Shown here piece by piece: positions 40,357 to 49,691 of a stretch of DNA of 64,000 bases. The stretch is from an uncultured Cellvibrionales bacterium (GTDB lineage Bacteria > Pseudomonadota > Gammaproteobacteria > Pseudomonadales > CAWVSB01). Within the stretch, counting starts at the first letter, position 1. The number at the start of each line of letters is the position of its first letter. The stretch covers positions 1,933 through 65,932 of the forward strand of contig CAWVSB010000014.1 in NCBI GenBank assembly GCA_963933215.1. The letters run 5' to 3'. The notes beneath the pieces were generated by a model. The model made no database searches and was not told the DNA's origin. It worked only from the letters and a program-made list of their open reading frames with translations. The translations under genes and the position numbers were made by a program.

Positions 40357-40785
40357 ATGACTACAAACATATTAACAATCAATGACATTAAGGTCGGTGA
40401 CAAGCTGCCGCCGCAAGAAATACCTATTACCACCTCACTTATTGTCGGTGGCGCGGCGGTTACTAATGATTTCACCCAAGTGCATCACGACAAGAAACAA
40501 GCCCAAGCAGTAGGTCTACCCGATGTTTTTATGAACATATTAACCAGCAACGGTTTAATGGGTACATACATTACTAATTGGGCGGGTCCTGCCTCGACCA
40601 CTAAGTCATTAGACATAAAGCTTGGGGCACCAAATATGCCCGGTTTTATTATGACAATTAGCGGTGAGATAAGCGCCATTAATGAGCAGACTGGGGTAAT
40701 AGATATTGCTGTCTTAGGTGAGAACAATGTTTGGGGTATGCATATGCAAGGTACCGTACAAATCACATTAACGGGAGATGCATAA
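40357..40785 (+). CDS. ChsH1-like MaoC enoyl-CoA hydratase subunit
   Basis: DFTQVHHD, PDVFMNILT, WAGP, LGAPN. Confidence 0.85.
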   Translation: MTTNILTINDIKVGDKLPPQEIPITTSLIVGGAAVTNDFTQVHHDKKQAQAVGLPDVFMNILTSNGLMGTYITNWAGPASTTKSLDIKLGAPNMPGFIMTISGEISAINEQTGVIDIAVLGENNVWGMHMQGTVQITLTGDA

Positions 40786-41960
40786 TGGCTGTCAGTATCA
40801 AAGACCAAAGCGCCATTGTTGGTATCGGTAATACAGCATTTTCTAAAAACTCTGGTGTTAGTGAATTACAACTAGCCTGCGAAGCGATTAAATCGGCCTT
40901 AGATGATGCCGGTTTATCCGTCACCGATATTGATGGCATGGCGACCTTCACCATGGACAATAGCGATGAAATTGAGATTGCCCGTGCGCTAGGTTGCAAC
41001 GATTTAACCTTCTATGCTCGCACGCCTTATGGTGGCGGCGCGGCAACGGGGCTTATTAGTCAAGCCGCGATGGCAATTGCAACAGGTATGGCCGAAACAG
41101 TGGTTATTTATCGTGCTTTAAATGGCCGCTCTGGCCATCGTTATTCTGGTGGCGTATCAGGCGAGATAGTTACCGCTGATGCCGTTCACTGGGGCTGGTA
41201 TACGCCGTTTGGCCTGCTCACACCTGCCAGTTGGGTGGCAATGTATGCACAGCGCTGGATGCACCTAACCGGTACAACTAAAGATGCACTATTTGAAGTG
41301 GCGCAATCTACCCGTAAATATGCAGCTAACAATCCTGCTGCATTCTTTTATCAACAACCGTTCAATAGAGCCGAATATGATGCTCAGAAAAAAATTGCTG
41401 GCCCGCTGTCTTTATATGACTGCTGCCAAGAAAGTGATGGTGGCTCGGCGCTAATTTTGACCACCCCGGAGCGCGCTGAAAAATTAAAACATGCACCCGT
41501 TATGGTTAAAGGCGTTGCTCAAGTAGCCGCAAAAAACCAAGAACAAATGACATCTTTTTATGATGGAGAAATCATCAATACACCGGAAATGGATAAAGCA
41601 GCAAAACTCACCTATGAAATGGCAGGTATGACGGCAGATGATATTGATGCCGCAGTTCTTTATGACGCATTTACCCCAACTGTATTGTGGCAACTTGAAT
41701 CATGGGGCTTTGCTAAGCCCGGCAAAGCTGGCGAATTTGTCTTGAGTGGCGCACTACGCAGCGGCGGCAGACTACCAACAAACACCAACGGGGGGCAATT
41801 AAGTGAAGCTTATATTCATGGCGTCAATGGTATTGTAGAAGCGGTAAAGCTAGTGCGCGGCACAGCTGTTAATCAGCCCAAGAAAACTGTTAATAATGTG
41901 TTGGTAACCGCCGGTGTTGGCGTGCCAACTGGCGGCGCTATCTTAGGGAAAATGGAATAA
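40785..41960 (+). CDS. Ltp2-like lipid-transfer protein / steroid aldolase (SCP-x thiolase fold)
   Basis: FSKNSGVSEL, DCCQESDG, LYDAFTP, NTNGGQLSEAYIHG; no thiolase nucleophile Cys (GGGAA); ATG overlaps the chsH1-like stop. Confidence 0.85.
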   Translation: MAVSIKDQSAIVGIGNTAFSKNSGVSELQLACEAIKSALDDAGLSVTDIDGMATFTMDNSDEIEIARALGCNDLTFYARTPYGGGAATGLISQAAMAIATGMAETVVIYRALNGRSGHRYSGGVSGEIVTADAVHWGWYTPFGLLTPASWVAMYAQRWMHLTGTTKDALFEVAQSTRKYAANNPAAFFYQQPFNRAEYDAQKKIAGPLSLYDCCQESDGGSALILTTPERAEKLKHAPVMVKGVAQVAAKNQEQMTSFYDGEIINTPEMDKAAKLTYEMAGMTADDIDAAVLYDAFTPTVLWQLESWGFAKPGKAGEFVLSGALRSGGRLPTNTNGGQLSEAYIHGVNGIVEAVKLVRGTAVNQPKKTVNNVLVTAGVGVPTGGAILGKME

Positions 41961-41978
41961 GACCACACTCATCATCTA

Positions 41979-42026
41979 CTAAAACTAAAACTAAAAATAA
42001 AACTAAAAATAAAACTAAAACTAAAA
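41979..42026 (+). repeat. Tandem hexamer repeat [C/A]TAAAA x8
   Basis: ctaaaa x3, ataaaa, ctaaaa, ataaaa, ctaaaa x2. Confidence 0.92.
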
Positions 42027-42039
42027 TAATTTAACCTAA

Positions 42040-42067
42040 CGCCTCGCTTGAGGCGATTTTTATTTTG
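42040..42067 (+). terminator. Rho-independent terminator of the steroid side-chain operon
   Basis: cgcctc-gctt-gaggcg followed by a T-rich tail. Confidence 0.75.
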
Positions 42068-42141
42068 TTAAAAAATTCGCGAAAATCAATATCACCTTCT
42101 ATATTCAAATATAAGTATTAGCCAAAAAACTTGATAGATAG

Positions 42142-42522
42142 GTGGCAACCATTAGAAATAAACAGCGCAAATCTTCTCGTTATCGCATTAGTGATATAGC
42201 CGTCATTGGTATTATTAATCCAACCTCGACTGCCCCAGAATTAATAGAAGACATTACCACAACGGACTTTAATTTTTACTGCATTGGTATCGAAACATGT
42301 GCCATTCTGGGCATTGGCGACAAGCTTTCTTTAGCAATCAAAACCGCTGATGAGACAACATCAATTGTCACTGCAATTGTTTGTGCCCGACCTACAACCA
42401 ACCGCGAGGCTAACCGCTACGGCCTTCATTTTGATTATTTATCTGAGCTAAATAATGAAACAGTAAATACTCACTTAAAAAGTATTGAAGCTAAAGCTAA
42501 GCAAAAAAATTCACCTTATTAA
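42142..42522 (+). CDS. PilZ-like domain protein
   Basis: QRKSSRY (RxxxR), DFNFYCIG (degenerate D/NxSxxG), RYGLHF; GTG start. Confidence 0.6.
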   Translation: MATIRNKQRKSSRYRISDIAVIGIINPTSTAPELIEDITTTDFNFYCIGIETCAILGIGDKLSLAIKTADETTSIVTAIVCARPTTNREANRYGLHFDYLSELNNETVNTHLKSIEAKAKQKNSPY

Positions 42523-44240
42523 GCTAACTCAGTTAACTTAGCGCTATAGTCGGTCTTCAAGCCTTTCTTGTATATTTTACCAGTCGCTATCCGTGGCAGC
42601 GGCTCAGCCTCTATCCAGTAATGACTAGGAATTTTAAACGCCGCCATATTTTCAGCTAAAAAATCACGCAACTCTTGTTTGCTTAGTTGCTCACCAGCGT
42701 TTGGCACCACCACTGCAGCAACAGCTTCGCCTAAGCGCTCATCAGGCACGCCAAATACAGCTACTTCTAGTACTTTTGGATGTTCATATATAGCCGACTC
42801 CACTTCAATACAGCTAATATTCTCGCCACCGCGAATAATGATATCTTTAATTCTATCAACAATTGTCAAGAATCCATCTTCATCCATTCTGCCAATATCA
42901 CCGCTACGAAACCATCCGTCTACAAACGCTTCTGCAGTAGCTTCCGGCTTATTCCAATAGCCTTTGGCATTGCCAGGAGTATAAATACAAACCTCCCCCA
43001 CTTCGCCTTCAGCTACGGTTTTACCATTATCATCAATCAGTTTAATTTCAGTAACTGCGGGTAAAGCTCGGCCGCAACTATGGGGTTTTAACTGGTAAAA
43101 TAGCCCGCTAGTTATAGCACCAATACCGTTAGTTTCAGTTAAACCGTAGCCTAAACCAGCTTTGGCATGAGTAAACGTCGTCGCAAGTTTACGCACTTGC
43201 TCTGGCGGGCGCGGCGCACCGCCAGCATTAATTTCTCGCAGCGTAGAAAGATCATGCTTAGTCGTTAATGCCGCTTGTTCAAGTTCTGCCGACATCGTTG
43301 GGACACCACTAAAGCTAGAGATTTTTTCACTCTCAATCAACTCCATCGCAGCGTCAACATCCCACTTATACATAATCACCATTTTTCGACCGACAATTAT
43401 CGACAACAGAAAAATACTATGACTAGCAGTAACATGAAACAGCGGTATTGTTAACAACACCGCGGCCTGTTGCTCTAAAGCAGCTGGCGCAAGTTCGGGA
43501 GCTAGTTGCTCGACTGTCGCTAAGGCAGCAAATGCGCCGGTCAGCCAACTGTATAAAGCCGACAATACCGAGCGATGCGAAGAAAAAACACCTTTGGGCA
43601 TGCCAGTACTACCTGATGTATATAAAATAGTAGCGCCGTCTTCCGGCTCTATTACCACCACCGGCATGGCCGCACCTTGGTAACTATTTAACACCTCGTC
43701 AAAATCCATCTCACCAGTAATACGATCATTTGAATCGCCGACTACGAGCTGAGTAATATTCAACGCATCAGCAAAAGACCTGATCCGACGACAACGCTGC
43801 GGATCAGATATAACTATGCAGGCGCCACTATCAGCAAAACCATACTGCAACTCTTCACTGGTCCACCATGCATTCATTGGCACTGCAATGGCGCCAATAG
43901 ACACAATTGCCATAAACGCAATACACCACTGTGGATTATTGCGCATGGCAATGGCAACTCTGTCACCTTTTATTATACCTAAGTCTTGCACTAAGGCCTG
44001 AGCAAGTTGCGCTGATAATTGATGTGTCTGTGCAAAGGTATAACGCTCTTGTTGATAGACTAAAAAGATCTCATCACTGTGCAGGTGTGACTGCTCTAAA
44101 TACTCGCGCAAAGTAGGACCAGCTTTGCCATAAACGCGAAATAGATTACCGTCTATCTGATGCTCAATAACTTCTAAATCTTCTCCGGGCGCGGTAAGTA
44201 CTGCAACATTAGCGTCTAAAACATCAAGAAATTCTTTCAT
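42519..44240 (-). CDS. Long-chain fatty acid/acyl-CoA ligase (class I adenylate-forming enzyme)
   Basis: YTSGSTGMPKG, GYGLTET, GWFRSGD, DRIKDIIIRGGEN, TGK. Confidence 0.93.
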   Translation of the reverse strand: MKEFLDVLDANVAVLTAPGEDLEVIEHQIDGNLFRVYGKAGPTLREYLEQSHLHSDEIFLVYQQERYTFAQTHQLSAQLAQALVQDLGIIKGDRVAIAMRNNPQWCIAFMAIVSIGAIAVPMNAWWTSEELQYGFADSGACIVISDPQRCRRIRSFADALNITQLVVGDSNDRITGEMDFDEVLNSYQGAAMPVVVIEPEDGATILYTSGSTGMPKGVFSSHRSVLSALYSWLTGAFAALATVEQLAPELAPAALEQQAAVLLTIPLFHVTASHSIFLLSIIVGRKMVIMYKWDVDAAMELIESEKISSFSGVPTMSAELEQAALTTKHDLSTLREINAGGAPRPPEQVRKLATTFTHAKAGLGYGLTETNGIGAITSGLFYQLKPHSCGRALPAVTEIKLIDDNGKTVAEGEVGEVCIYTPGNAKGYWNKPEATAEAFVDGWFRSGDIGRMDEDGFLTIVDRIKDIIIRGGENISCIEVESAIYEHPKVLEVAVFGVPDERLGEAVAAVVVPNAGEQLSKQELRDFLAENMAAFKIPSHYWIEAEPLPRIATGKIYKKGLKTDYSAKLTELA

Positions 44241-44310
44241 TCAACTATCTCTTTTATTATTAATATGGCGTTGGCTTATTGAACACTAAAATTACTGCTG
44301 ATTAAAGCAC

Positions 44311-44325
44311 TTAGGTGACACCTAA
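44311..44325. promoter_or_regulatory. Perfect 7-1-7 palindrome in the divergent ligase/thiolase intergenic region; operator candidate
   Basis: TTAGGTG-A-CACCTAA. Confidence 0.5.
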
Positions 44326-44417
44326 CTTATAAGTCATCTTGTTCTATACCTAAGAATAACGCATAGTATCCAACTTTAATTCAGATTAACTTTAAACCTA
44401 TAAACAAGGAATAAAAA

Positions 44418-45659
44418 ATGAGTGAAGCATGGATAATTGATGTCTGCCGCACACCACGTGGTATCGGTAAATATGGCAAAGGCGCACTGGGCGATATACA
44501 CCCGCAACAATTAGGTGCCACCGTGCTAAAAGCGCTAGCAGAGCGCAACAATTTAAATACCGCTGACGTCGACGATATTATCTGGGGCACTAGCTCTCAG
44601 CGTGGCGAGCAAAGTGGCGACCTAGGCCGTATGGCGGCGCTCGACGCAGGTTATGACATTCGCTCTAGTGGCGTCACCTTAGACCGTTTTTGTGGCTCAG
44701 GTATTACTACTGTAAATATGGCGGCCATGGCTATTATGTCGGGCATGGAAGATGTTGTTATTGCCGGCGGTACTGAGATGATGTCTAGCTATGCCAAAGG
44801 CAATGTAGATATGCCGATGTTTATGGATAATGGTAATTTACGCTTACGTGAAGCCCACCCTCAGCCCCATCAAGGCGTGTGTGCCGATGCTATCGCCACT
44901 CTGGAAGGCATTGACCGTGAAGCCTTAGACAGGCTGGCCGCGACAAGCCAGCAACGTGCAGCCCATGCAATAGAAAATGGTTACTTTAATAAAAGTTTGG
45001 TGCCGGTCTATCACGAAGATGGCAGCCTTGCATTAGACCACGAAGAGTTTCCGAGACCACAAACAACCATAGAAAGCTTAGCCGAATTAAAACCTGCATT
45101 TACCCAAATTGCTAGCTACCCGCTGAATGAAGAAGGCACCACTTACAATTCCTTAGTAAAAAAAGTTTATCCAGACTTAGAAATAAACCATGTTCATCAT
45201 GCCGGCAACTCATCGGGTGTGGTTGATGGTGCGGCGGCATTATTACTAACTTCGCCTGAATACGCTAAAGCGCATAACTTAAAACCACGCGCTAAGGTAA
45301 TTGCTATCGCTAATATGGGTGACTCTCCTACCTTGATGTTGAACGCACCAGTGCCAGCAACCAAAAAGGTATTAGAGAAAGCCGGCTTAACTATTGCTGA
45401 CATTGATCTATTTGAAATCAATGAAGCGTTTGCAGTGGTAGCAGAGAAATATATTCGCGATTTAGACTTAGACCGCGAGAAAGTAAACGTTAATGGCGGC
45501 GCGATGGCTTTAGGTCATCCAATCGGTGCGACTGGTGCGATTTTGATTGGCACCTTGGTTGATGAGCTAGAACGGCGTGGATTAAAACGCGGCCTAGCAA
45601 CAATGTGTGCAGCCGGAGGTATGGCTCCAGCTATTATCATCGAACGCATAGATAGCTAA
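44418..45659 (+). CDS. Acetyl-CoA C-acetyltransferase (thiolase)
   Basis: DRFCGSG, HHAGNSSG, EINEAFA, GGAMALGHPIGATG, MCAAGG. Confidence 0.93.
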   Translation: MSEAWIIDVCRTPRGIGKYGKGALGDIHPQQLGATVLKALAERNNLNTADVDDIIWGTSSQRGEQSGDLGRMAALDAGYDIRSSGVTLDRFCGSGITTVNMAAMAIMSGMEDVVIAGGTEMMSSYAKGNVDMPMFMDNGNLRLREAHPQPHQGVCADAIATLEGIDREALDRLAATSQQRAAHAIENGYFNKSLVPVYHEDGSLALDHEEFPRPQTTIESLAELKPAFTQIASYPLNEEGTTYNSLVKKVYPDLEINHVHHAGNSSGVVDGAAALLLTSPEYAKAHNLKPRAKVIAIANMGDSPTLMLNAPVPATKKVLEKAGLTIADIDLFEINEAFAVVAEKYIRDLDLDREKVNVNGGAMALGHPIGATGAILIGTLVDELERRGLKRGLATMCAAGGMAPAIIIERIDS

Positions 45660-45669
45660 ATTTTTACTG

Positions 45670-45708
45670 GCGAAACTGAATAAACTCATAGCTATAATTC
45701 AGTTTCGC
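45670..45708. terminator. 12-bp-stem inverted repeat between convergent genes
   Basis: gcgaaactgaat ... attcagtttcgc. Confidence 0.6.
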
Positions 45709-45771
45709 TACCATAACTCCGCCTGTAACAGATCACTTTACAGCCGTTAAACAAATTAAATACATCACCTA

Positions 45772-46212
45772 TTAAGCCGCGATTTTTCTCAGTTGATAAG
45801 TAGCAGCTGTGGTCGCTACAATTTCTCCAGCGATATTCTTTAATTCAGTTTCCATGGTAAAATTAGCTTTGCCATCTTTGCTGGCAGTTTCAATTAGCTC
45901 ATTTATTTGCCCTGTGGTTAACCGCATCTCCACTGAGATATCTGTCCGTGCTGGGGCCTTATACTTTATCTGCATATCTTTAATAATTGGATAGAAAACA
46001 TTCATATCAAAACTGCCTATAGACAAGGCACCGCCGGCCATTTCAGACAAGGTAAACAGTGCGCCGGCATACATAGTATTAATATGGTTGCCATTGCCTC
46101 CGAGCGGCATTACTAATTTGGTATAACCGAACTCTAAAGCTTCAAGTTTTAAACCGCAGTTAGTTATAAATGGAAATGGTTGTTCTATAGCAGATCGTAG
46201 TTCTTCTAACAT
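45772..46212 (-). CDS. Hotdog-fold thioesterase (PaaI/DUF4442-like)
   Basis: NHINTMYAGALFTLSEMAGG. Confidence 0.85.
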   Translation of the reverse strand: MLEELRSAIEQPFPFITNCGLKLEALEFGYTKLVMPLGGNGNHINTMYAGALFTLSEMAGGALSIGSFDMNVFYPIIKDMQIKYKAPARTDISVEMRLTTGQINELIETASKDGKANFTMETELKNIAGEIVATTAATYQLRKIAA

Positions 46213-46249
46213 GACAACAAATAACTCCTAAAGTCTACATTAATAACAG

Positions 46250-47620
46250 TTACTGACTAAGATACTTCTCGATTTCTTTAGCCACTAACCACAAACGATC
46301 CTGTCCCCAGGTACCCAATAGCGTATTGCCATCTTCATCTAGCAGACGAAAACTGGGGACGCCCCAGGAGTCAAATTCGTACATTGCTAAACGATTAGCT
46401 TCCAACTCTTGCTGCCAATCGTCATTATCGATAACCGATTGCGCATCACTCCATGACAACCCGGCGTTTTCAACCACCAGCTGCATCCCTTTATCATTAT
46501 TGGTATTCACCCCGTCAAAAAATGCTGCATGAAAAAAAGATCTTAAAAACTGTACTTCCTTACCCTGCTCTCTGGCCCATGGAAATAAGGAAAATGCTTT
46601 TCTTGTTGGCGAACCAATAGGGTCGTAAGTTTTTTTCGCCCAGTCAATACCCAAGGCGTATGCTTCACGGCTGGCGTCTGCAAAGATATATAAACCTTTA
46701 GTGCGAGTCAGCGAAACGCCGCGCATAACCATTGGCATTACCGGCCGCAACACCATATTAATACCCGTTGCCTCTACTAAGTCGATTGCTTTGTCAAAAA
46801 TAAACGAACTATAAGGACTCCGTAACGAAGCATATATTTCAAGGGTTAGCGTACCTTTATCTTTTAATTCTCCAGCACTTATTTCTGGCCTAGGCATTAC
46901 TAATTTTGTATCGCTATTTTTATTAGCACCTAGCGCTATCAACCTGTTTTCTAGATGGTAAAATCTATCGACCCCCCAATACCATTCGCCGCCATAATAA
47001 AACATCGCACCAGAATAATGCTTAAGTTCAGCTTGGCGTGCGTCGCCTGAGCTCACTTCTGCCAACGACTGTACGTTGCTGGCAACGCCAAATTTATCTT
47101 TAAGACGCAGTAGGCTTTCGTAGTCGTCAGACCAGATGGCATTACTAATTTGCAGTAAACCCGCCAGCCGCTGCTGAGGACTTAAGGCGGTAAAAATTGC
47201 TATAGCTAAAGCGACATTTTCTGACGCTGGGGGCTTGGTATGTTGATTAAAGTTTAATCCGTAGTAAGGGGCAACCTTAATGCAATCAACGACCGACAAC
47301 TTAGCCAATAGTTCTGGTTCCGGTGAATTATTACCAGCGGGACCGCTAACCAAATGTACTCGGAGTTCAACATTGTAGACGCGTATCAATTTAGGCAATA
47401 ACTGAACAGCTAAGCAACTGTAGGCATCGTCTAATTGGTGAAAATATTCCACTACATGCGGCTGCTTAGTACTAACACGCCGTCTTTCTACTTTTCGACG
47501 CTTTGTTTGTAACCGAGATTGGCTGGCTGTTTGGGTCATAACTTTCGATGTTACCCAACGGGCGAGAGGCGATGGATTACTCGTTGCAGCGCCACCTTGA
47601 TCGGTAAATTTCTCTGACAT
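46250..47620 (-). CDS. Tandem DsbA/kappa-GST (2-hydroxychromene-2-carboxylate isomerase-like) protein
   Basis: YFHQLDDAYS...WYWGVDR and SLRSPYS...WGVPSF...WGQDRL; start moved to MSEKF. Confidence 0.8.
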   Translation of the reverse strand: MSEKFTDQGGAATSNPSPLARWVTSKVMTQTASQSRLQTKRRKVERRRVSTKQPHVVEYFHQLDDAYSCLAVQLLPKLIRVYNVELRVHLVSGPAGNNSPEPELLAKLSVVDCIKVAPYYGLNFNQHTKPPASENVALAIAIFTALSPQQRLAGLLQISNAIWSDDYESLLRLKDKFGVASNVQSLAEVSSGDARQAELKHYSGAMFYYGGEWYWGVDRFYHLENRLIALGANKNSDTKLVMPRPEISAGELKDKGTLTLEIYASLRSPYSSFIFDKAIDLVEATGINMVLRPVMPMVMRGVSLTRTKGLYIFADASREAYALGIDWAKKTYDPIGSPTRKAFSLFPWAREQGKEVQFLRSFFHAAFFDGVNTNNDKGMQLVVENAGLSWSDAQSVIDNDDWQQELEANRLAMYEFDSWGVPSFRLLDEDGNTLLGTWGQDRLWLVAKEIEKYLSQ

Positions 47621-47720
47621 ATGCGGCCTCAATTGGTAGAATATAATCTTATTGTGAAACAAATTATGACATAAGGATTGGCATAATTCTTTAAATCAAA
47701 ACACTAATTGAGAGCACTCC

Positions 47721-48572
47721 TTGAATCCAGCATTGCAAAATTTAACGTCAGTAATTACCCCCAGTAGAACAAGCACAGATGTCTATACTGGGCAAAACAT
47801 GCATCCTAATGCATTTCGAATTTATGGCGGCCAAGTATTGGCTCAAATAATCCGCGCAGCGGCAGACACTGTAGGCATAGATCGAGTCTTACATAGCCAA
47901 CATGCTTATTTTTTACGCCCGGGAGACCCAAAGCTTGCCATAACGTTTGAGGTAGATCGCGCCAGAGACGGCGGTACTTTCAGTTCCAGACGGGTAACCG
48001 CCTTACAGGGTGGCAAACCTATTTTGGTTAGCACTCTGTCTTTCCAAGTAGCTTGCGAGGGTGATCAGCATCAACCTGTAATGCCGCAAGTAGTTGGACC
48101 AGAAGACTTAATAAGTGAGCGTGCTATTGCTATCGCTAACAATGATCTAAATGAAGACTTTATGATCACCTGTGGCTTGGATGTTGATATGCGCTGCGTT
48201 AATCCAATTGACTGGAATAACCCAAGGCCACGCGAGCCAAAGATGCAAATCTGGATTCGTGTAGATGGTGAAGTTGCCGATGACTTAAGCTTACATCAGG
48301 CACTACTAGCCTATATGTCTGACTCGTTCTTAATCGACATCGCATTAATTACTCATGGCCACACCTATAAAACTGCCAATATGCAAATTGCCAGTCTTGA
48401 CCATACCCTCTGGTTTCATCAAGACTTTAAAGCTAATGAGTGGATACTGCATGAAGTCATTGGCAAAAGAACTGGTGGCGGCAGAGGTCTAAGCGAAGGT
48501 CGTTTTTATAGTCAAGATGGCCGCTTAATTGCGACCACCATGCAAGAATGCTTAGTGCGCAATAAAGATTAG
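47721..48572 (+). CDS. tesB: Acyl-CoA thioesterase II
   Basis: IYGGQVLAQ, FLRPGD, RDGGTFSSRRV, LAYMSD, ASLDHTLWFH, QE. Confidence 0.88.
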   Translation: MNPALQNLTSVITPSRTSTDVYTGQNMHPNAFRIYGGQVLAQIIRAAADTVGIDRVLHSQHAYFLRPGDPKLAITFEVDRARDGGTFSSRRVTALQGGKPILVSTLSFQVACEGDQHQPVMPQVVGPEDLISERAIAIANNDLNEDFMITCGLDVDMRCVNPIDWNNPRPREPKMQIWIRVDGEVADDLSLHQALLAYMSDSFLIDIALITHGHTYKTANMQIASLDHTLWFHQDFKANEWILHEVIGKRTGGGRGLSEGRFYSQDGRLIATTMQECLVRNKD

Positions 48573-49624
48573 CCAACCTCTTTAACAAAATTTTCTATCT
48601 CGTCAAATGCCTGTGTAGCTTCAGCCAAATCGGGATGGAAAATCTGCCACACGTGAACCATATTATCCCACAGCTGTAACTTTGCCGGCGAACCCTGCTG
48701 TTGGGCTTTGCTGACATAACGCTTGGCATCATCGACCAACATTTCGCTAGCACTGGCCTGTATCAGTATTGGCGGTAAATTAGCTAAATTACCAAACAGC
48801 GGTGACACGATAGGGTCAGAGGGATTAATTCGGGTATTCAAAAAACCGAACCACAACAAAAAAGCAGTTGGAAACTTAGTAATTTTGCCAAATATGGGCC
48901 CCAACATCGGGTCAGTTTTAATATTAGTCTTCATACTCGGACTGCTAATCGTATTGTCAGTCTGCGGTGATAAAGCAACTGCACCATTAGGCGCACGCAA
49001 GCCTTGATCTCTCACCCAGGCAATCAAAGACAATGTTAAATTACCGCCAGCTGAATCTCCCGATACAAATAAGCTAGTGAGCTCTTCTTCCCCATTGGGG
49101 CCATTGTCTAAAATCCACTGATAAGCGCTGCGACAATCTTCTATACCATCCATACGACTATTTTCAGGCATTAAGCGATAATCAATTACCAACACAGCAG
49201 CGTTTGCCAGCCGTGACCACTCAGTAGTGATTGGCCGATGGCTTTTAGAGCTACCCATAGTGAACGCGCCGCCATGTAAATAAAGCACACGGCGCTTAGT
49301 ATCTGCTCCCGGCGCCAGGACCCACTCGCCCGGCACACCACTAGCGATGGTTGTGTTAAATTCAGCATTAAATTCTTTATCGTTAAACATCGTATTCATC
49401 ACTTGGCGTAAAGCACCAATATGCTTTTTCCCAAATGGGTTACCGCCAATGCCCGCGCTCTGAATGTCGCCAAGCCTGCTAAGTATTTGTTGCTGCTCGA
49501 CAATGCTACTAGTCGCCGGAAATTTCTCATTTGACTGTTGATCAAAACAAGAATGATCTTCACCTTGCAAATAAAACTTAGCGATAGCAAAAAATGCGAT
49601 AATTACTGTGATAAACCACAACAC
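48569..49624 (-). CDS. Hormone-sensitive-lipase-family esterase with N-terminal membrane anchor
   Basis: LHGGAF, DYRLMPE, GDSAGG, HVWQ; GTG start after a GGAG RBS. Confidence 0.88.
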   Translation of the reverse strand: MLWFITVIIAFFAIAKFYLQGEDHSCFDQQSNEKFPATSSIVEQQQILSRLGDIQSAGIGGNPFGKKHIGALRQVMNTMFNDKEFNAEFNTTIASGVPGEWVLAPGADTKRRVLYLHGGAFTMGSSKSHRPITTEWSRLANAAVLVIDYRLMPENSRMDGIEDCRSAYQWILDNGPNGEEELTSLFVSGDSAGGNLTLSLIAWVRDQGLRAPNGAVALSPQTDNTISSPSMKTNIKTDPMLGPIFGKITKFPTAFLLWFGFLNTRINPSDPIVSPLFGNLANLPPILIQASASEMLVDDAKRYVSKAQQQGSPAKLQLWDNMVHVWQIFHPDLAEATQAFDEIENFVKEVG

Positions 49625-49641
49625 TATTATGTCTCCCAAAT

Positions 49642-49672
49642 AAAAATGCCTAACCATCTCTGGCTAGGCATT
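49642..49672 (-). terminator. Rho-independent terminator after the ACAD pair, just upstream of the esterase RBS
   Basis: aatgcctaacca-tctc-tggctaggcatt with an A-run on +. Confidence 0.65.
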
Positions 49673-49691
49673 AGGTCAGATCAGTTTATTT

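Noticed and set aside
41979-42026. Possible CRISPR-like or iteron array
   Set aside because: Units are contiguous 6-mers with no spacers, and there are no cas or rep genes.
44311-44321. TTAGGTGACAC matches part of the SP6 phage promoter
   Set aside because: Only 11 nt match, the TATAG end is missing, and there is no vector or phage context; better explained as a palindromic operator or chance.
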